From a virus (lineage: Duplodnaviria; Caudoviricetes): DNA of 64,000 nucleotides. Location of the stretch: positions 64,001 through 128,000 of IMG/VR virus record IMGVR_UViG_3300033388_005412, one strand, 5' to 3'. The notes below the pieces were generated by a model. The model had not been told where the DNA came from and made no database searches. It saw nothing but the letters and a program-made list of their open reading frames with translations. Made by a program: the position numbers and the translations under genes. This document shows positions 1 to 10,134 of the stretch, piece after piece (position 1 is the first letter of the stretch; every line of letters begins with the position of its first letter).

Positions 1-128
1 TGCGACATGCTGTTTTTAATTCTAAGAAAAAAATCAGTGATAGCTTTTAAAGAATTCTTCAAATAATCTATTGATTTAACAGCTTTTGTAACCAGTCTGA
101 ATACTTCCTGTTCGATTTCTTTTATCAT
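1..128 (-). CDS. Partial ORF running off the window edge, hypothetical
   Basis: ATG at 128 after AAGGAATAAAGA, open to position 1 (MIKEIEQEVFRLVTKAVK...); read by hand, not in the ORF track. Confidence 0.55.
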   Translation of the reverse strand, partial: MIKEIEQEVFRLVTKAVKSIDYLKNSLKAITDFFLRIKNSMS

Positions 129-142
129 TCTTTATTCCTTTT

Positions 143-1711
143 CTATTCCTCGTTTAGTTTAACATCGAATGACAATATCATCGGTGTCACGGACGCTGTA
201 TTATCCGTATTTGTTTTCATCTCTATTCTAATTATAACATAATCAGAATAATGCTTGTATGTTACATTAATTATAGAACCCTTCAAATTTTTATTAAAAA
301 ATATTTTATTTTTTCTAATTATACATTGATTATCCTGTGTAAATTCATCAACAACATCATACGAAATACCATTAACCCGTATATCGATATTACTTGAGAC
401 CTCAATAACCGGATAACTTGACAATGTTATAACATTTCCAGTCATATTTGAAAACACCTCGGATTTATCAAATAACTGAGTCAATAAAACCGCCGAATTC
501 GCGGCCGGAACCGTAACTCTGCTATCATCACTTTGAACTATCTCATACTCAATTGTTGAATCAGGTGGTTTATATTCTTCACTCACAATTTTAACTGTTT
601 TTATAGGATCATCCATCGTATATTTTCTACTTGTAAATATACCAGGCTCCGTGCCGCTGTATGTTTCCAGTAAAAAAGAAATATTATAACAACCTATTAT
701 ATATTCATACACATTTGAGTATTTTGTTGTTTTCACAAATGAAGCCGGCCGATCATCCAGTAAAACATCATTCACAATTTTATTTTTTTCCTCAAGCAGC
801 GAGACATCATCATTATTAACTATTCCCTCTAAATAAGTCTCGGTATTATCTATTGTTTTTTCCCATATAAAATCATATTTCGGCTGAATCAGTGTTAGTT
901 TTATTTTCTTGGCCCTGAGCGGGTCAGTCTTGACATGAAGCACGATCTTTTTCTCACTTATATCAACTCTATAATCATCAGCGCTGACAGTTTCCCAATC
1001 ATCTGAATCATCGGTTTTCGGTATTTCCAGTTTATTGATATTCACAACATATTTTCCGGCCGATTGTATGATGAGATTATTAAACGAAATTACGCCGCCA
1101 AAATCGAATTCCAACACGGCCCCGGCATCGCATTTTGAATTGGATAAAATACTCGTTATCCAATATCCCGACTCGGTGCCCGGGAATGTGTTTTCCGGCG
1201 AAGGCTGATTACCTGATACGGCAATAACATTTTCAGGAAAAATGTCCGAATCAATACTTATCGGAAAATACTGCTTTCTCATGTTAGGGGCAAGAGAAAT
1301 CACGCCGTCTTTGACCTCTATCATATTTATTTTATAACTTTTAATCGTGTTATCAACCATTCGTAAGAACTGTGTTGAAGAATCTGTATATGCTTTAACA
1401 ACATCCTTCCTGAACATCTCATGCTTGCCGATTAAACTGGCAATTAAATTGTTTTCACTTATCAGCGCTAATAATGTAACAATAATATCTTCCAATTTAT
1501 GTACAATTTTCACCGGAAGTATTTTGCTGTAACCGATAATGCGCGATATAACATACGGCTGCCGCAAATCTACTAATCTCTCTGAAAATGTTTTAGTCAG
1601 AACATCCTGCCACACAATTTTCTTATCCTGTATCTCACTGTTAAGCAGTTTCTCAAGCTCACGCCGCTGAGCATCAGAAAATATTGAAGGTAATTTGTCT
1701 AATAGTTTCAT
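143..1711 (-). CDS. Putative virion structural protein (baseplate/tail-associated), 522 aa
   Basis: Long ORF directly after the 796-aa structural gene; acidic, beta-rich C-terminal half; function from context only. Confidence 0.5.
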   Translation of the reverse strand: MKLLDKLPSIFSDAQRRELEKLLNSEIQDKKIVWQDVLTKTFSERLVDLRQPYVISRIIGYSKILPVKIVHKLEDIIVTLLALISENNLIASLIGKHEMFRKDVVKAYTDSSTQFLRMVDNTIKSYKINMIEVKDGVISLAPNMRKQYFPISIDSDIFPENVIAVSGNQPSPENTFPGTESGYWITSILSNSKCDAGAVLEFDFGGVISFNNLIIQSAGKYVVNINKLEIPKTDDSDDWETVSADDYRVDISEKKIVLHVKTDPLRAKKIKLTLIQPKYDFIWEKTIDNTETYLEGIVNNDDVSLLEEKNKIVNDVLLDDRPASFVKTTKYSNVYEYIIGCYNISFLLETYSGTEPGIFTSRKYTMDDPIKTVKIVSEEYKPPDSTIEYEIVQSDDSRVTVPAANSAVLLTQLFDKSEVFSNMTGNVITLSSYPVIEVSSNIDIRVNGISYDVVDEFTQDNQCIIRKNKIFFNKNLKGSIINVTYKHYSDYVIIRIEMKTNTDNTASVTPMILSFDVKLNEE

Positions 1712-1712
1712 T

Positions 1713-4103
1713 TTACTTTCCTATAATATCCTTTACAACTTCCGAAAACGGCTCATCATATAATATATCATTTTCATCCACAATCAAAAAATAGACCCCT
1801 GCGGCAATATGTTTCTCAATTTCTTTTTTAATATACATCATGCATTTCTCAGGCGTATCAAATTTCGTATCTAGCTCAGCTTTTAATGCCCGCGGTATTT
1901 TATAGAAAATAATTGAGTTCGGAATCTGTTCGCCGTTTACATAGCCGATATCCATATAGCCTCGAGACAGTGGAAATTTTTTATTTCTGATGTCTATGCT
2001 GCCTAAATCATCATCTTCTTTGATGCCACCCCCTGTCCGCCGAATATCAGTATATACAGCCGTGCTTATCATAGTGATATCGGCCAACTTTATATAATCA
2101 TGATCTGTTCCCAAACTGACATTTATTTCTTCCCCCGTTAAACAACTGTAATATGTATCTCCAGGAATTCCGTTTGTCATCACTTTATAAACCATCCTTT
2201 CTATCGGATCCAAAGGATGTAATACTGAATAATTCGAATATGACGGCCGCAAATACAACTGAAATTCATTACCGGCAATTACGTCTTTAGACACATTAGG
2301 ATATTGCGCGATATATGAATCGGCTTTTCTTAAATACGTCACCCTCACATTATCATCAGATTTTAATCTTCGGGATAATTCAATAATTCCCGAATAATGA
2401 TAATTTATAATTTCACTGTTATCAATTAATTCATTATTTATATAAATATTCAAACCTCTTATGCTTATGTAGTTAATATTCGTATCAACTATCAAATCAA
2501 CAACGCCGCTCGGGGCCGGTGTAAATCTGGCGTATTTATGTTCTTCATATGTACCGGGAATAACATAATCCGGATACATGCCTTCATTACATAAAAACTT
2601 ATTTATCTTAAATTTATAATCTCCTATAATTTTCGCCTTTTCTCTTATTATCTTCCAACAGAATATTGGCTCACTGACCTGGTTATCAACCATAAGAGGT
2701 ATTTCATCGTACTCGGGAAGATAAAAATAATCTCCCGTATCATCAAAATCATCACCTTTGAATATGCCGTTTATAACATTTATCTTATTCTGATTATCTA
2801 AATAAACTTTAATCTGCTTCTCGACAATCGGCGCCATCCAAAGCGTATCAGTATCGGCCCATCCCGGAAAACAGTTATCATATAACGTCTCAGTTAATGT
2901 TACAGTTCCATCGGCGTAATACCAGTCGTTCACTTCAATCGCCGAATACTTTTTATATAATAATTCGCAATTTACAATTTCCTTTTTATTTAATATTATC
3001 CCGCCGTCCTCGTCAACAGCATCATAAATCAAAGTATATTCCTGATCATCCGGTAAAAGCAGCCGGATTCTGTATGGCGAAGTCAAAGACGCCGTATGCC
3101 ATATAATAGATTTACTATATCTATATAAATATATGGGATTTATCCATGTATCCTCGACGACATGATCGAATATGGCCATATTATAGAGATAACTGTTATT
3201 CGCTCTTATATAAAAATCCTGGCCTGTTAAACTATCTATAAAACTTTCAGCAAGAGTATTTATATTCTGAGACGCTGTTCCGGATTCACTTAATAATGTA
3301 ACTTTTATTTCCGATGACACGCCGTCCTTTGCCCATGTTACATATAATTTATACCAAACACCCTGTGTGACGGCCAAAGTGCCCTTGGAAACGCCGTCAA
3401 CAAGAAAATCCAACTTGTATTCTGTTATTGAATGTGTATATACAAAATTAACCTCAACATCGCCGCCTTTAAATGATAATACCGGTTCATCAACATCGCT
3501 AGTTCTCTCTTTTGCCATGAAATATATCTCAAATTGCCCTTCGTCGGCCAGCAACGTAGAACTATAATCAACTCTGCCATTTGATAAACACATATCATGA
3601 TTTGTATATGGTAAATCCTGACCGACATTGTTAAGAAAACTATAAGACGTTCCCGACATGTTTATTCCTAATTCTGTTTTGTCGTCCAATGAATCGGCGT
3701 GTAAAGCTTCATTGTTATTTAAAGGATAATCAGCACGAGAACCAATATCAATGCTGCCATATTCAACATTTACTGGAACTCTCTTGTTATCGCTGTCATA
3801 TAATTTAATATTCTGAATATTCACCGCATCAAATTTAGGCTGATACTGATAAAACAAAGGAACACCAAGAGTCGTCTCCTTGTCTGTAAATATAACATTA
3901 TCATTCGGAACATCTTCAACATATAATTCATCAAATCCAGATTTTTTAATTAATTTTTCCTCAGCTGAAACTATGTTATATTGATTATACTTATAAGTTG
4001 AACTATAATCAACTAACAAGGGAAAATAACTGACTTTCTCCGAACTAATCGGCACACAATCATCCGAGATGATTCTTTGATAATTAAAATCTATGTTATC
4101 CAC
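1713..4103 (-). CDS. Virion structural protein with a LamG/concanavalin-like domain, 796 aa
   Basis: Central FEIYF...GVWYKLYVTW...LYNMAIFD pattern resembles LamG; C-terminal DIRRTGGG motif; tail module context. Confidence 0.55.
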   Translation of the reverse strand: MDNIDFNYQRIISDDCVPISSEKVSYFPLLVDYSSTYKYNQYNIVSAEEKLIKKSGFDELYVEDVPNDNVIFTDKETTLGVPLFYQYQPKFDAVNIQNIKLYDSDNKRVPVNVEYGSIDIGSRADYPLNNNEALHADSLDDKTELGINMSGTSYSFLNNVGQDLPYTNHDMCLSNGRVDYSSTLLADEGQFEIYFMAKERTSDVDEPVLSFKGGDVEVNFVYTHSITEYKLDFLVDGVSKGTLAVTQGVWYKLYVTWAKDGVSSEIKVTLLSESGTASQNINTLAESFIDSLTGQDFYIRANNSYLYNMAIFDHVVEDTWINPIYLYRYSKSIIWHTASLTSPYRIRLLLPDDQEYTLIYDAVDEDGGIILNKKEIVNCELLYKKYSAIEVNDWYYADGTVTLTETLYDNCFPGWADTDTLWMAPIVEKQIKVYLDNQNKINVINGIFKGDDFDDTGDYFYLPEYDEIPLMVDNQVSEPIFCWKIIREKAKIIGDYKFKINKFLCNEGMYPDYVIPGTYEEHKYARFTPAPSGVVDLIVDTNINYISIRGLNIYINNELIDNSEIINYHYSGIIELSRRLKSDDNVRVTYLRKADSYIAQYPNVSKDVIAGNEFQLYLRPSYSNYSVLHPLDPIERMVYKVMTNGIPGDTYYSCLTGEEINVSLGTDHDYIKLADITMISTAVYTDIRRTGGGIKEDDDLGSIDIRNKKFPLSRGYMDIGYVNGEQIPNSIIFYKIPRALKAELDTKFDTPEKCMMYIKKEIEKHIAAGVYFLIVDENDILYDEPFSEVVKDIIGK

Positions 4104-4120
4104 TTAGTTTGTTCACTCTC

Positions 4121-4720
4121 TTATAATTGTTTTGCTCTATATAAACCTGTTGTTGCCGAAAAACCCGCGCTACAACTACCTGGAATTATAAGGTCAATTT
4201 TTATTGACTCCGCATAAGGAAACCATAAAAGTTTAGTGTAACCAGCTCCTGTAACCAAATTGTAACCTATAGATTCCATTTCATATGTAACACTTGTACC
4301 GAAAGATGCCTCCCTAACAACCACACCATTATCAATATTTACTCTAACAGTTCCAGTTCCTGCGCCACCATGTGTAACAGCTAATATCATTGCAAATAAT
4401 ATTCCCTTTTCATTCGTAATATTAATCATATTAAAAACTTGTTCAACACCAGTATAGGTGCTGACAGGTGTACTACCACTTATTTCATCCTGAATTTGCA
4501 AATTAAACATATTATCCTCCAAATCGTAGGTGTTCGCACCCACCTTAAATACCAATTTCCCGCCACTTTCATACATGGTAAGCGAATCATCTTTCGCCAC
4601 TGAAAAATCATTCTTCACGCTATACAAAGTATCCGGTTTAACTATTTCTAAACTTCCAACTTGTAAATCAACATCTCTTAATAAATAATTAAAGACCTTT
4701 TGTTTCAAATTTTTAATCAT
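4121..4720 (-). CDS. Tail-fibre-associated protein, 199 aa
   Basis: Overlaps the stop of the upstream fibre gene (ATGA); beta-rich sequence. Confidence 0.45.
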   Translation of the reverse strand: MIKNLKQKVFNYLLRDVDLQVGSLEIVKPDTLYSVKNDFSVAKDDSLTMYESGGKLVFKVGANTYDLEDNMFNLQIQDEISGSTPVSTYTGVEQVFNMINITNEKGILFAMILAVTHGGAGTGTVRVNIDNGVVVREASFGTSVTYEMESIGYNLVTGAGYTKLLWFPYAESIKIDLIIPGSCSAGFSATTGLYRAKQL

Positions 4721-5691
4721 GTTATTTCCTCCATACTTAATTTGAACATTTTTCCGGTTTTATTGTTTCTTATAGTTAAATAATCATCTTCTTCTATCAT
4801 AGTCCAATTCCCTCTTTCGTTTTTTAAATGTAAATCACCCGCATAAATATCTGTTGCTGATACACTGTTAAATATAACATCGGATGTTGTTTTAAGTGAC
4901 TGATCGAGATTAGTACTTCGCCAAGTGTTTATTTCAGACTCAGTATAATATCTACTATCAAGATTATACGAAGTTAATCCCGTCATATGTCCGTATGTGT
5001 CCAATGTTATGTCCTGAATAACCGTTCCATTGCTATTATTAACACTTGCCTGGCTTGACGTATTGGCATGCGCAACCGTAATATCACCATCCGGGCCATA
5101 AAGAGTATTATTTCCACCGCCCGTTATAGTTATTCCACCACCAGATAACAAATCCTTAGCCATACCATATAATTCCTGGGGACCCTGACCGGTATCAACA
5201 CTGGCAAATGTTACGGCAGATGTAGTGAGTACGTTTTGGTCCATATCATAAAGTTCATTATTGCCTTGTCCGGTATTTACGCTAGCAAATGTAACCGCCG
5301 ATGTAGTAAGTACATTTTGATCCATATCGTACAGCTCGTTAGCACCCTGACCGGTATTTATCGTCGAAGCCGTTATACCACCGGATGCTGCGATATCGCC
5401 TAAAACATCAAGTTCAACACCAGCGCCGGGTTCCTTCCCAATACCAATTCCAGAACTTGCAATTCTAAGTGATCCTAACTGATGAACTCCGACTAAAAAT
5501 CCAGACCCATCACTTTTTAAAGCACTTGTAACCCCTAAAGTTCCAGTATGATCATGCCTCAAAACAAACTCCCTAATATCAATCAGAAGTTTTGAAATCT
5601 GATTCAGTTTAGAAAATGTTGGTATTTCCCTAACGGCATATAAATCCGATCTACTTTCTAATGTAATATTTCCACTTCCGTCTACTGACAT
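4717..5691 (-). CDS. Tail fibre protein, 324 aa
   Basis: HDHTG motif, GIGIG..P...LDVLGDI fibre segment, internal 27-aa repeats, C-terminal WTMIEEDDYLTIRNNKTGKMFKL fibre-type tail; GGAGG RBS. Confidence 0.7.
   Translation of the reverse strand: MSVDGSGNITLESRSDLYAVREIPTFSKLNQISKLLIDIREFVLRHDHTGTLGVTSALKSDGSGFLVGVHQLGSLRIASSGIGIGKEPGAGVELDVLGDIAASGGITASTINTGQGANELYDMDQNVLTTSAVTFASVNTGQGNNELYDMDQNVLTTSAVTFASVDTGQGPQELYGMAKDLLSGGGITITGGGNNTLYGPDGDITVAHANTSSQASVNNSNGTVIQDITLDTYGHMTGLTSYNLDSRYYTESEINTWRSTNLDQSLKTTSDVIFNSVSATDIYAGDLHLKNERGNWTMIEEDDYLTIRNNKTGKMFKLSMEEIT
5161..5358 (-). repeat. About 2.5 tandem 81-bp (27-aa) repeats in the tail fibre gene
   Basis: Units NTGQGxNELYDMDQNVLTTSAVTFASV start at 5358, 5277 and 5196 (third copy partial and diverged). 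Confidence 0.9.
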
Positions 5692-5700
5692 AGTAACCCT

Positions 5701-5737
5701 CCTATATATAATATATTTTTCATCATCATTTTATCAA
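5701..5737 (-). promoter_or_regulatory. Putative late promoter, copy 1
   Basis: TTGATA-N18-TATTATATATAGG upstream of the fibre gene. Confidence 0.65.
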
Positions 5738-5745
5738 ATTATACC

Positions 5746-7572
5746 TCATTCCAAATACGCATACGACGAAACATCTTCAACTGTTCTATCCTGCTCATTA
5801 TATTCCAATATATTATCACTATCTATACTATAAATAGCAACTCCACGAAAATAAAAATCAATCGCAGGATCAAATTCTAATGAATAATATTCTTCCGGCG
5901 TATATAAAACATACATGGTGCTATCATATGTTCCACCGCCGAACGGCAAAACCGCACCCTCACTCACAATATCATTCCACGAACCCAAATCGCCGAACAC
6001 AGAATAACCATCAAATAAATCAGTTCTATTTATATAATAATCATCACCCGCATTTTTAATACCGGCCGCGGCAAAATATGTTGTTCTTATTTCATATCCC
6101 GACACCAGATACTGGCCCCAGTATCCATCAACTGAAACTCTCATATCTTTCATCGTATTAACAATTCCACTGGGTGTTGGAACCCCGCTCGGCGGAACAA
6201 TACCGCTTGGGACCGGTAAAAAACCATGTCCATTATAATAATCCATAGCATTCCAAAATCCTGATGTCTCATTCACAGCATCTTCACTTGTAACAGGCGG
6301 CCTTTCTAATTCCGGATGCGCGGCCTCCCAATCACCATGTTTTTCCGGAGCATTCCAGATCGCAAAATCATCTATCTCTGTTTCTGCATCTGTATTAGAA
6401 GCCCATATTTCGCCATACAGACCCGATGGTTGAGACGCGAAACAATTGAACCCCATTGCTGTTTTAGCCTGTTGAGAATCCCATATGTTATCCGTATCGA
6501 GCTGAAATACGCCGGTATATATTTCCATAAACGCACCTGGTGTCTGTATCCATATAGACGAGGAAATAACATCTTCAGCCTTTACAAATATATGTGATCC
6601 TGATAAAGTTCCCTCTAGAAAAAAATCCAAATAAGCAACACCGTCGGCATCTGTCGTCGCCATGCCTTTGTATTCAACACTATCATCCTCTTTTACTTCA
6701 TACCACGTTATATCAACACCGGGCATTCGAATGCCCGAGGAGTCCTCGGCTAAAGCATATGACCTGAATATTGTATTAGCTCTCGTATACGACACCCACA
6801 TGGGCTTAACTTCCAATGTTGCTGTATCTACCGGCACTTTCTTTAAAACAAGATATTTATCCTCAAAAGGGATTCTTCTGGTTAATGTTCTCTCAAGTTC
6901 TTTTTCAAATACCAGATATAAATCTTCATCGTACGCATATCCGCTTGGTGTCGGTATCCAGTTTTCGCCGCTCTGCGCCCACTCAACCTCATAATCTTTA
7001 TTTACAGGTGTTTTACACATATTCTCGGCGGTAAACGATTCAGGAACTATGAAATAAGGTTCACCCTGCTCATATTCATAAGCCACGCCGCTTGGAACCG
7101 GTAAAGCGACTTTCTCCATATCAGCAAATAAATAATATTCCTCATTATCTATATAAAAATAGCCCGGCTTAACAACAGGATACTGACCGATTCCAGAAGG
7201 TGTGATATCAATCTGTTTTAAATTATCTTCAAGACCGCCAACGCCGTTTATATAATCACTTACATCAATATCCTTATAAAATTTAATAGATTTATTTGCT
7301 TCAGGACCCGATGAACAGCCTATCAGTTTTAATGTTCCAAACGCGGCAAATTCTGTCTTAAACTGAACTGTTTTTTCAACACCGGATTCTACATCGGCGG
7401 TAAAAATTTCGCCATCTTCATATTCGATAATAACCTGTCCGTCATTCGGTAGATTTATTATTAAAGATTTTAAACCATATAGAGTTCTATTGAATATTAA
7501 GGGATCGGCGATTGTGCCCAAACCAGCCCAGTAATCGCCGAACAACGTATCTCTAAAAACACACTTTATCAT
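5746..7572 (-). CDS. Putative virion/tail protein, 608 aa
   Basis: Acidic, Ig-like segment (ALAEDSSGIRMPGVDITW...ATTDADGVAY), seven PSG motifs. Confidence 0.5.
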   Translation of the reverse strand: MIKCVFRDTLFGDYWAGLGTIADPLIFNRTLYGLKSLIINLPNDGQVIIEYEDGEIFTADVESGVEKTVQFKTEFAAFGTLKLIGCSSGPEANKSIKFYKDIDVSDYINGVGGLEDNLKQIDITPSGIGQYPVVKPGYFYIDNEEYYLFADMEKVALPVPSGVAYEYEQGEPYFIVPESFTAENMCKTPVNKDYEVEWAQSGENWIPTPSGYAYDEDLYLVFEKELERTLTRRIPFEDKYLVLKKVPVDTATLEVKPMWVSYTRANTIFRSYALAEDSSGIRMPGVDITWYEVKEDDSVEYKGMATTDADGVAYLDFFLEGTLSGSHIFVKAEDVISSSIWIQTPGAFMEIYTGVFQLDTDNIWDSQQAKTAMGFNCFASQPSGLYGEIWASNTDAETEIDDFAIWNAPEKHGDWEAAHPELERPPVTSEDAVNETSGFWNAMDYYNGHGFLPVPSGIVPPSGVPTPSGIVNTMKDMRVSVDGYWGQYLVSGYEIRTTYFAAAGIKNAGDDYYINRTDLFDGYSVFGDLGSWNDIVSEGAVLPFGGGTYDSTMYVLYTPEEYYSLEFDPAIDFYFRGVAIYSIDSDNILEYNEQDRTVEDVSSYAYLE

Positions 7573-7784
7573 TTTGTTAATTTTACACGTTTCCTAAACA
7601 CCTTGTCAAGCATACATAACACTTCCATTTGGAAAAATGATATAAAAACATCAGCCGCTTTTTCGGGATCATTTTTATTTTTTTCTATAATTCTTATAAT
7701 CATCGGCCTGTATTTTATAAAACTAGAAACATATTCTGATAACTCGGTATGTATAAATCCGGATATTTTTCTTATCAAATACAT
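7569..7784 (-). CDS. Small helical protein, paralog of 10127..10336
   Basis: Aligns end to end with the 69-aa ORF (LIR..., Y[RK]P...IIEK, AD...FF..E). Confidence 0.65.
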   Translation of the reverse strand: MYLIRKISGFIHTELSEYVSSFIKYRPMIIRIIEKNKNDPEKAADVFISFFQMEVLCMLDKVFRKRVKLTK

Positions 7785-7786
7785 AA

Positions 7787-8161
7787 TTAAAACAATTTAA
7801 AAACCACTTTAGCTAACACTGTCCCGCCGGCGCTAAAAAACGCCACAAGTATTGTCACCATAAATATGCGCAATATCTTCACAGTTGCCGTGTTTTTTGT
7901 TGTCTCATCTATTGTTGTATTTATCAAACCGTTTTTCGGGTTATCTAAAACATAAAGACGTTCATTAATACCAACTACTTGTTTTTTCTGTTCTTCATAT
8001 GCCGAACTCAATTTACCAACTTCTTTCTCAACTGACTTTGTCACATTAACATTTTCCTGGACATCATTTATTAGATTACTAATTTGCGCATTAGTTTCTC
8101 CCATAAATTTTGCAACCTTTTCAACAAGATCCACGACGTATTCTTCAGTTTTCCCGTTCAT
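7787..8161 (-). CDS. Coiled-coil protein with C-terminal TM helix (holin-like/lysis accessory candidate)
   Basis: GGAGGG RBS; heptad-rich N-terminus; hydrophobic ILRIFMVTILVAFFSAGGTVLAKVVF. Confidence 0.55.
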   Translation of the reverse strand: MNGKTEEYVVDLVEKVAKFMGETNAQISNLINDVQENVNVTKSVEKEVGKLSSAYEEQKKQVVGINERLYVLDNPKNGLINTTIDETTKNTATVKILRIFMVTILVAFFSAGGTVLAKVVFKLF

Positions 8162-8171
8162 ATCAACCCTC

Positions 8172-8303
8172 CTACTTTTTTATAAATTCTGATATCTGTT
8201 TCCAGAATGCCTCAAACTTTCGTCCAATTATAAAAAATATAATTGAACCGCAACCAAAACATGCACACTCGCGCAATGTAAAATATTCCATAAAATTTAA
8301 CAT
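8172..8303 (-). CDS. 43-aa small membrane protein
   Basis: Read by hand: MLNFMEYFTLRECACFGCGSIIFFIIGRKFEAFWKQISEFIKK; fills the gap between neighbours exactly. Confidence 0.5.
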   Translation of the reverse strand: MLNFMEYFTLRECACFGCGSIIFFIIGRKFEAFWKQISEFIKK

Positions 8304-8304
8304 A

Positions 8305-9000
8305 TTATTCCTTAGACTCTTCAACAGACTTTTCAACAGACTTCTCAATAACTAAATATCCACTATCTCCGCCAACCCAACAACCCAGGTTAATGTAATC
8401 TTTATTATTATATTTAATATGTTGTTTATGATGGGTATGGCCAAAAATAACAGTATCATAATCATTTTTCAATAATAAATCTTTTGCACCAGATTCATAT
8501 CTAGCATGATCATCTCTTTTCTTCATCTTCAATATTCTCAACTCAGAACCGGCTTTACGAAAAATAAGTCTTTCTATATAACCGTAAAACTTAACAAAAG
8601 GAATTATAACCTTCCACCATTTCTTTTTTAAAAGATCATATCGATGGCCGTGCTCGCAATGATATTTTTTACCATTATGCGAGAAGTTAAATTCAGTACA
8701 AGTTTTAAAGGGAAAATCAGAATTTGACATAAGCTCATGATCATGATTACCCAAAATACATATAACATTATAAAACTTTAACACAGCAAATAATCTTCTG
8801 TATTTTTCCCAAATTTTATCATAGTTTGCTTGCCAGAGCTCTAAAAAATCACCGACAATTATAATAAAATCCGGACTCACGTTATGTGTTATTTCTATTA
8901 GCTTATTCTCTTGTGCGGATCCGAAATTATCTTCGCCCCCCTTGGATGCCAAATGAGTGTCAGAAAATAATAGAATTTTTTTGCCTGTTAAATCTAACAT
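8305..9000 (-). CDS. Calcineurin-like metallophosphoesterase (LpxH/YbbF-like)
   Basis: Motifs SDTHL, GDFLELW, GNHD, HGH, GHTH, NLGCW. Confidence 0.85.
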   Translation of the reverse strand: MLDLTGKKILLFSDTHLASKGGEDNFGSAQENKLIEITHNVSPDFIIIVGDFLELWQANYDKIWEKYRRLFAVLKFYNVICILGNHDHELMSNSDFPFKTCTEFNFSHNGKKYHCEHGHRYDLLKKKWWKVIIPFVKFYGYIERLIFRKAGSELRILKMKKRDDHARYESGAKDLLLKNDYDTVIFGHTHHKQHIKYNNKDYINLGCWVGGDSGYLVIEKSVEKSVEESKE

Positions 9001-9521
9001 TTACCATCCTTAATTTTAATATTTTGTTCCATTTCTTTTTTTATTTTAGCAAATTCGGGATCTAATTTCATGAGCCATAAGTTTTGATATTTAATTCTAC
9101 TATCTACAAGATATTTATTACGCTTTGCAAGTGCTGTAATACGAGCTTTCATGAATCCAATTAAAGCAAGACAAATACTTACAATTCCGGCAAAAATAGA
9201 TTTCATTAAATTAGTATCATTAACTGTTTTCGTTATAATATCTCTCCCGGCATTTTGTGCAATGCTTTTATCCAAACCAGCACTTACTTTTGCAACAGTA
9301 TTTGCCTGGGCCGACATCTTAACTTCAAGTTTATCTATTTTACTTTTTAGACCAACAACCTCGATCTCATTATCGCTCATCTGCTTGTTAACCGAATCCT
9401 GAAGTTCAGTTATCTTTTTTTCATATTTGGCAGAAATTCCAAATAACTTATCAATAAAAGATGCCCTCACCGGCGCAGAACATAACAAAACCAAACATAA
9501 AATACATACATTATTTTTCAT
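8994..9521 (-). CDS. Membrane coiled-coil protein with N-terminal signal/TM (spanin-like candidate)
   Basis: Hydrophobic N-terminus (CILCLVLLCSAPVRA), long coiled coil, second hydrophobic segment; lysis cluster. Confidence 0.45.
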   Translation of the reverse strand: MKNNVCILCLVLLCSAPVRASFIDKLFGISAKYEKKITELQDSVNKQMSDNEIEVVGLKSKIDKLEVKMSAQANTVAKVSAGLDKSIAQNAGRDIITKTVNDTNLMKSIFAGIVSICLALIGFMKARITALAKRNKYLVDSRIKYQNLWLMKLDPEFAKIKKEMEQNIKIKDGKC

Positions 9522-9708
9522 AATAATACCCCCAATTTATCACAGAACAATTTTTATTTTTCAAATTTGTATCATCATATTTAAGTTCTTCAATTTCTCC
9601 GTTTTTGTATGCCTGATTAATACAATACACTCTGTTATGACATTCACGGCAATCCTTACTGAGATGAACTATCTTTTTTTCCACCCTACCTCCAATCAAA
9701 TTTCCCAA
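9511..9708 (-). CDS. Small Cys-containing hypothetical protein
   Basis: CRECH...C motif; overlaps both neighbours. Confidence 0.5.
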   Translation of the reverse strand: MGNLIGGRVEKKIVHLSKDCRECHNRVYCINQAYKNGEIEELKYDDTNLKNKNCSVINWGYYYEK

Positions 9709-9880
9709 AATAAATTCTTGCTGTCAAACCTATCACACCAATTAAAAGTATCGATAAACCCCACCAAAAAGAAAAATTATTACATGTTATATAGGAAATA
9801 AATAATAAACACAAACCCGCAATAATTTGAAATGGCCAAACCCAAATCAGCTGATATAAAATAAGCCCCCACCAAGTCAT
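9686..9880 (-). CDS. Small two-TM membrane protein (holin candidate)
   Basis: Probable start MTWWGL at 9880 (ATGA overlap with upstream stop); two hydrophobic helices. Confidence 0.5.
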   Translation of the reverse strand: MTWWGLILYQLIWVWPFQIIAGLCLLFISYITCNNFSFWWGLSILLIGVIGLTARIYFGKFDWR

Positions 9881-10020
9881 AATTTGCCTCCACGGACATA
9901 ACAACCCAAACAAATATATTTCTGCCCTTTTGCTTTAGGTTTTTCATTTGGCGGAAAATAATCAAGCTTTTTAAACGGAAACATTTTTCCGCAATTTATA
10001 CATTTTCCTTTTCTTTTCAT
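9877..10020 (-). CDS. 47-aa zinc-ribbon protein
   Basis: Read by hand: MKRKGKCINCGK...YICLGCYVRGGKL with two CxxC; AGGTGG RBS. Confidence 0.55.
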   Translation of the reverse strand: MKRKGKCINCGKMFPFKKLDYFPPNEKPKAKGQKYICLGCYVRGGKL

Positions 10021-10023
10021 CTG

Positions 10024-10134
10024 TTACCACCTGAAATAGTTACGAAAATACATAAACCACGTTGTGTTCATGTTTTCATACATAAACCATGCCCCGACCA
10101 AAAACCCGAATAAAAAAACTAATATATCATGCAT
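10024..10134 (-). CDS. 36-aa hydrophobic peptide
   Basis: Read by hand: MHDILVFLFGFLVGAWFMYENMNTTWFMYFRNYFRW; fills the gap between neighbours. Confidence 0.4.
   Translation of the reverse strand: MHDILVFLFGFLVGAWFMYENMNTTWFMYFRNYFRW

Noticed and set aside
5161-5358. DGR template/variable repeat pair or CRISPR-like array
   Set aside because: Differences are synonymous rather than adenine-specific, units are contiguous without spacers, and no reverse transcriptase or cas gene is present
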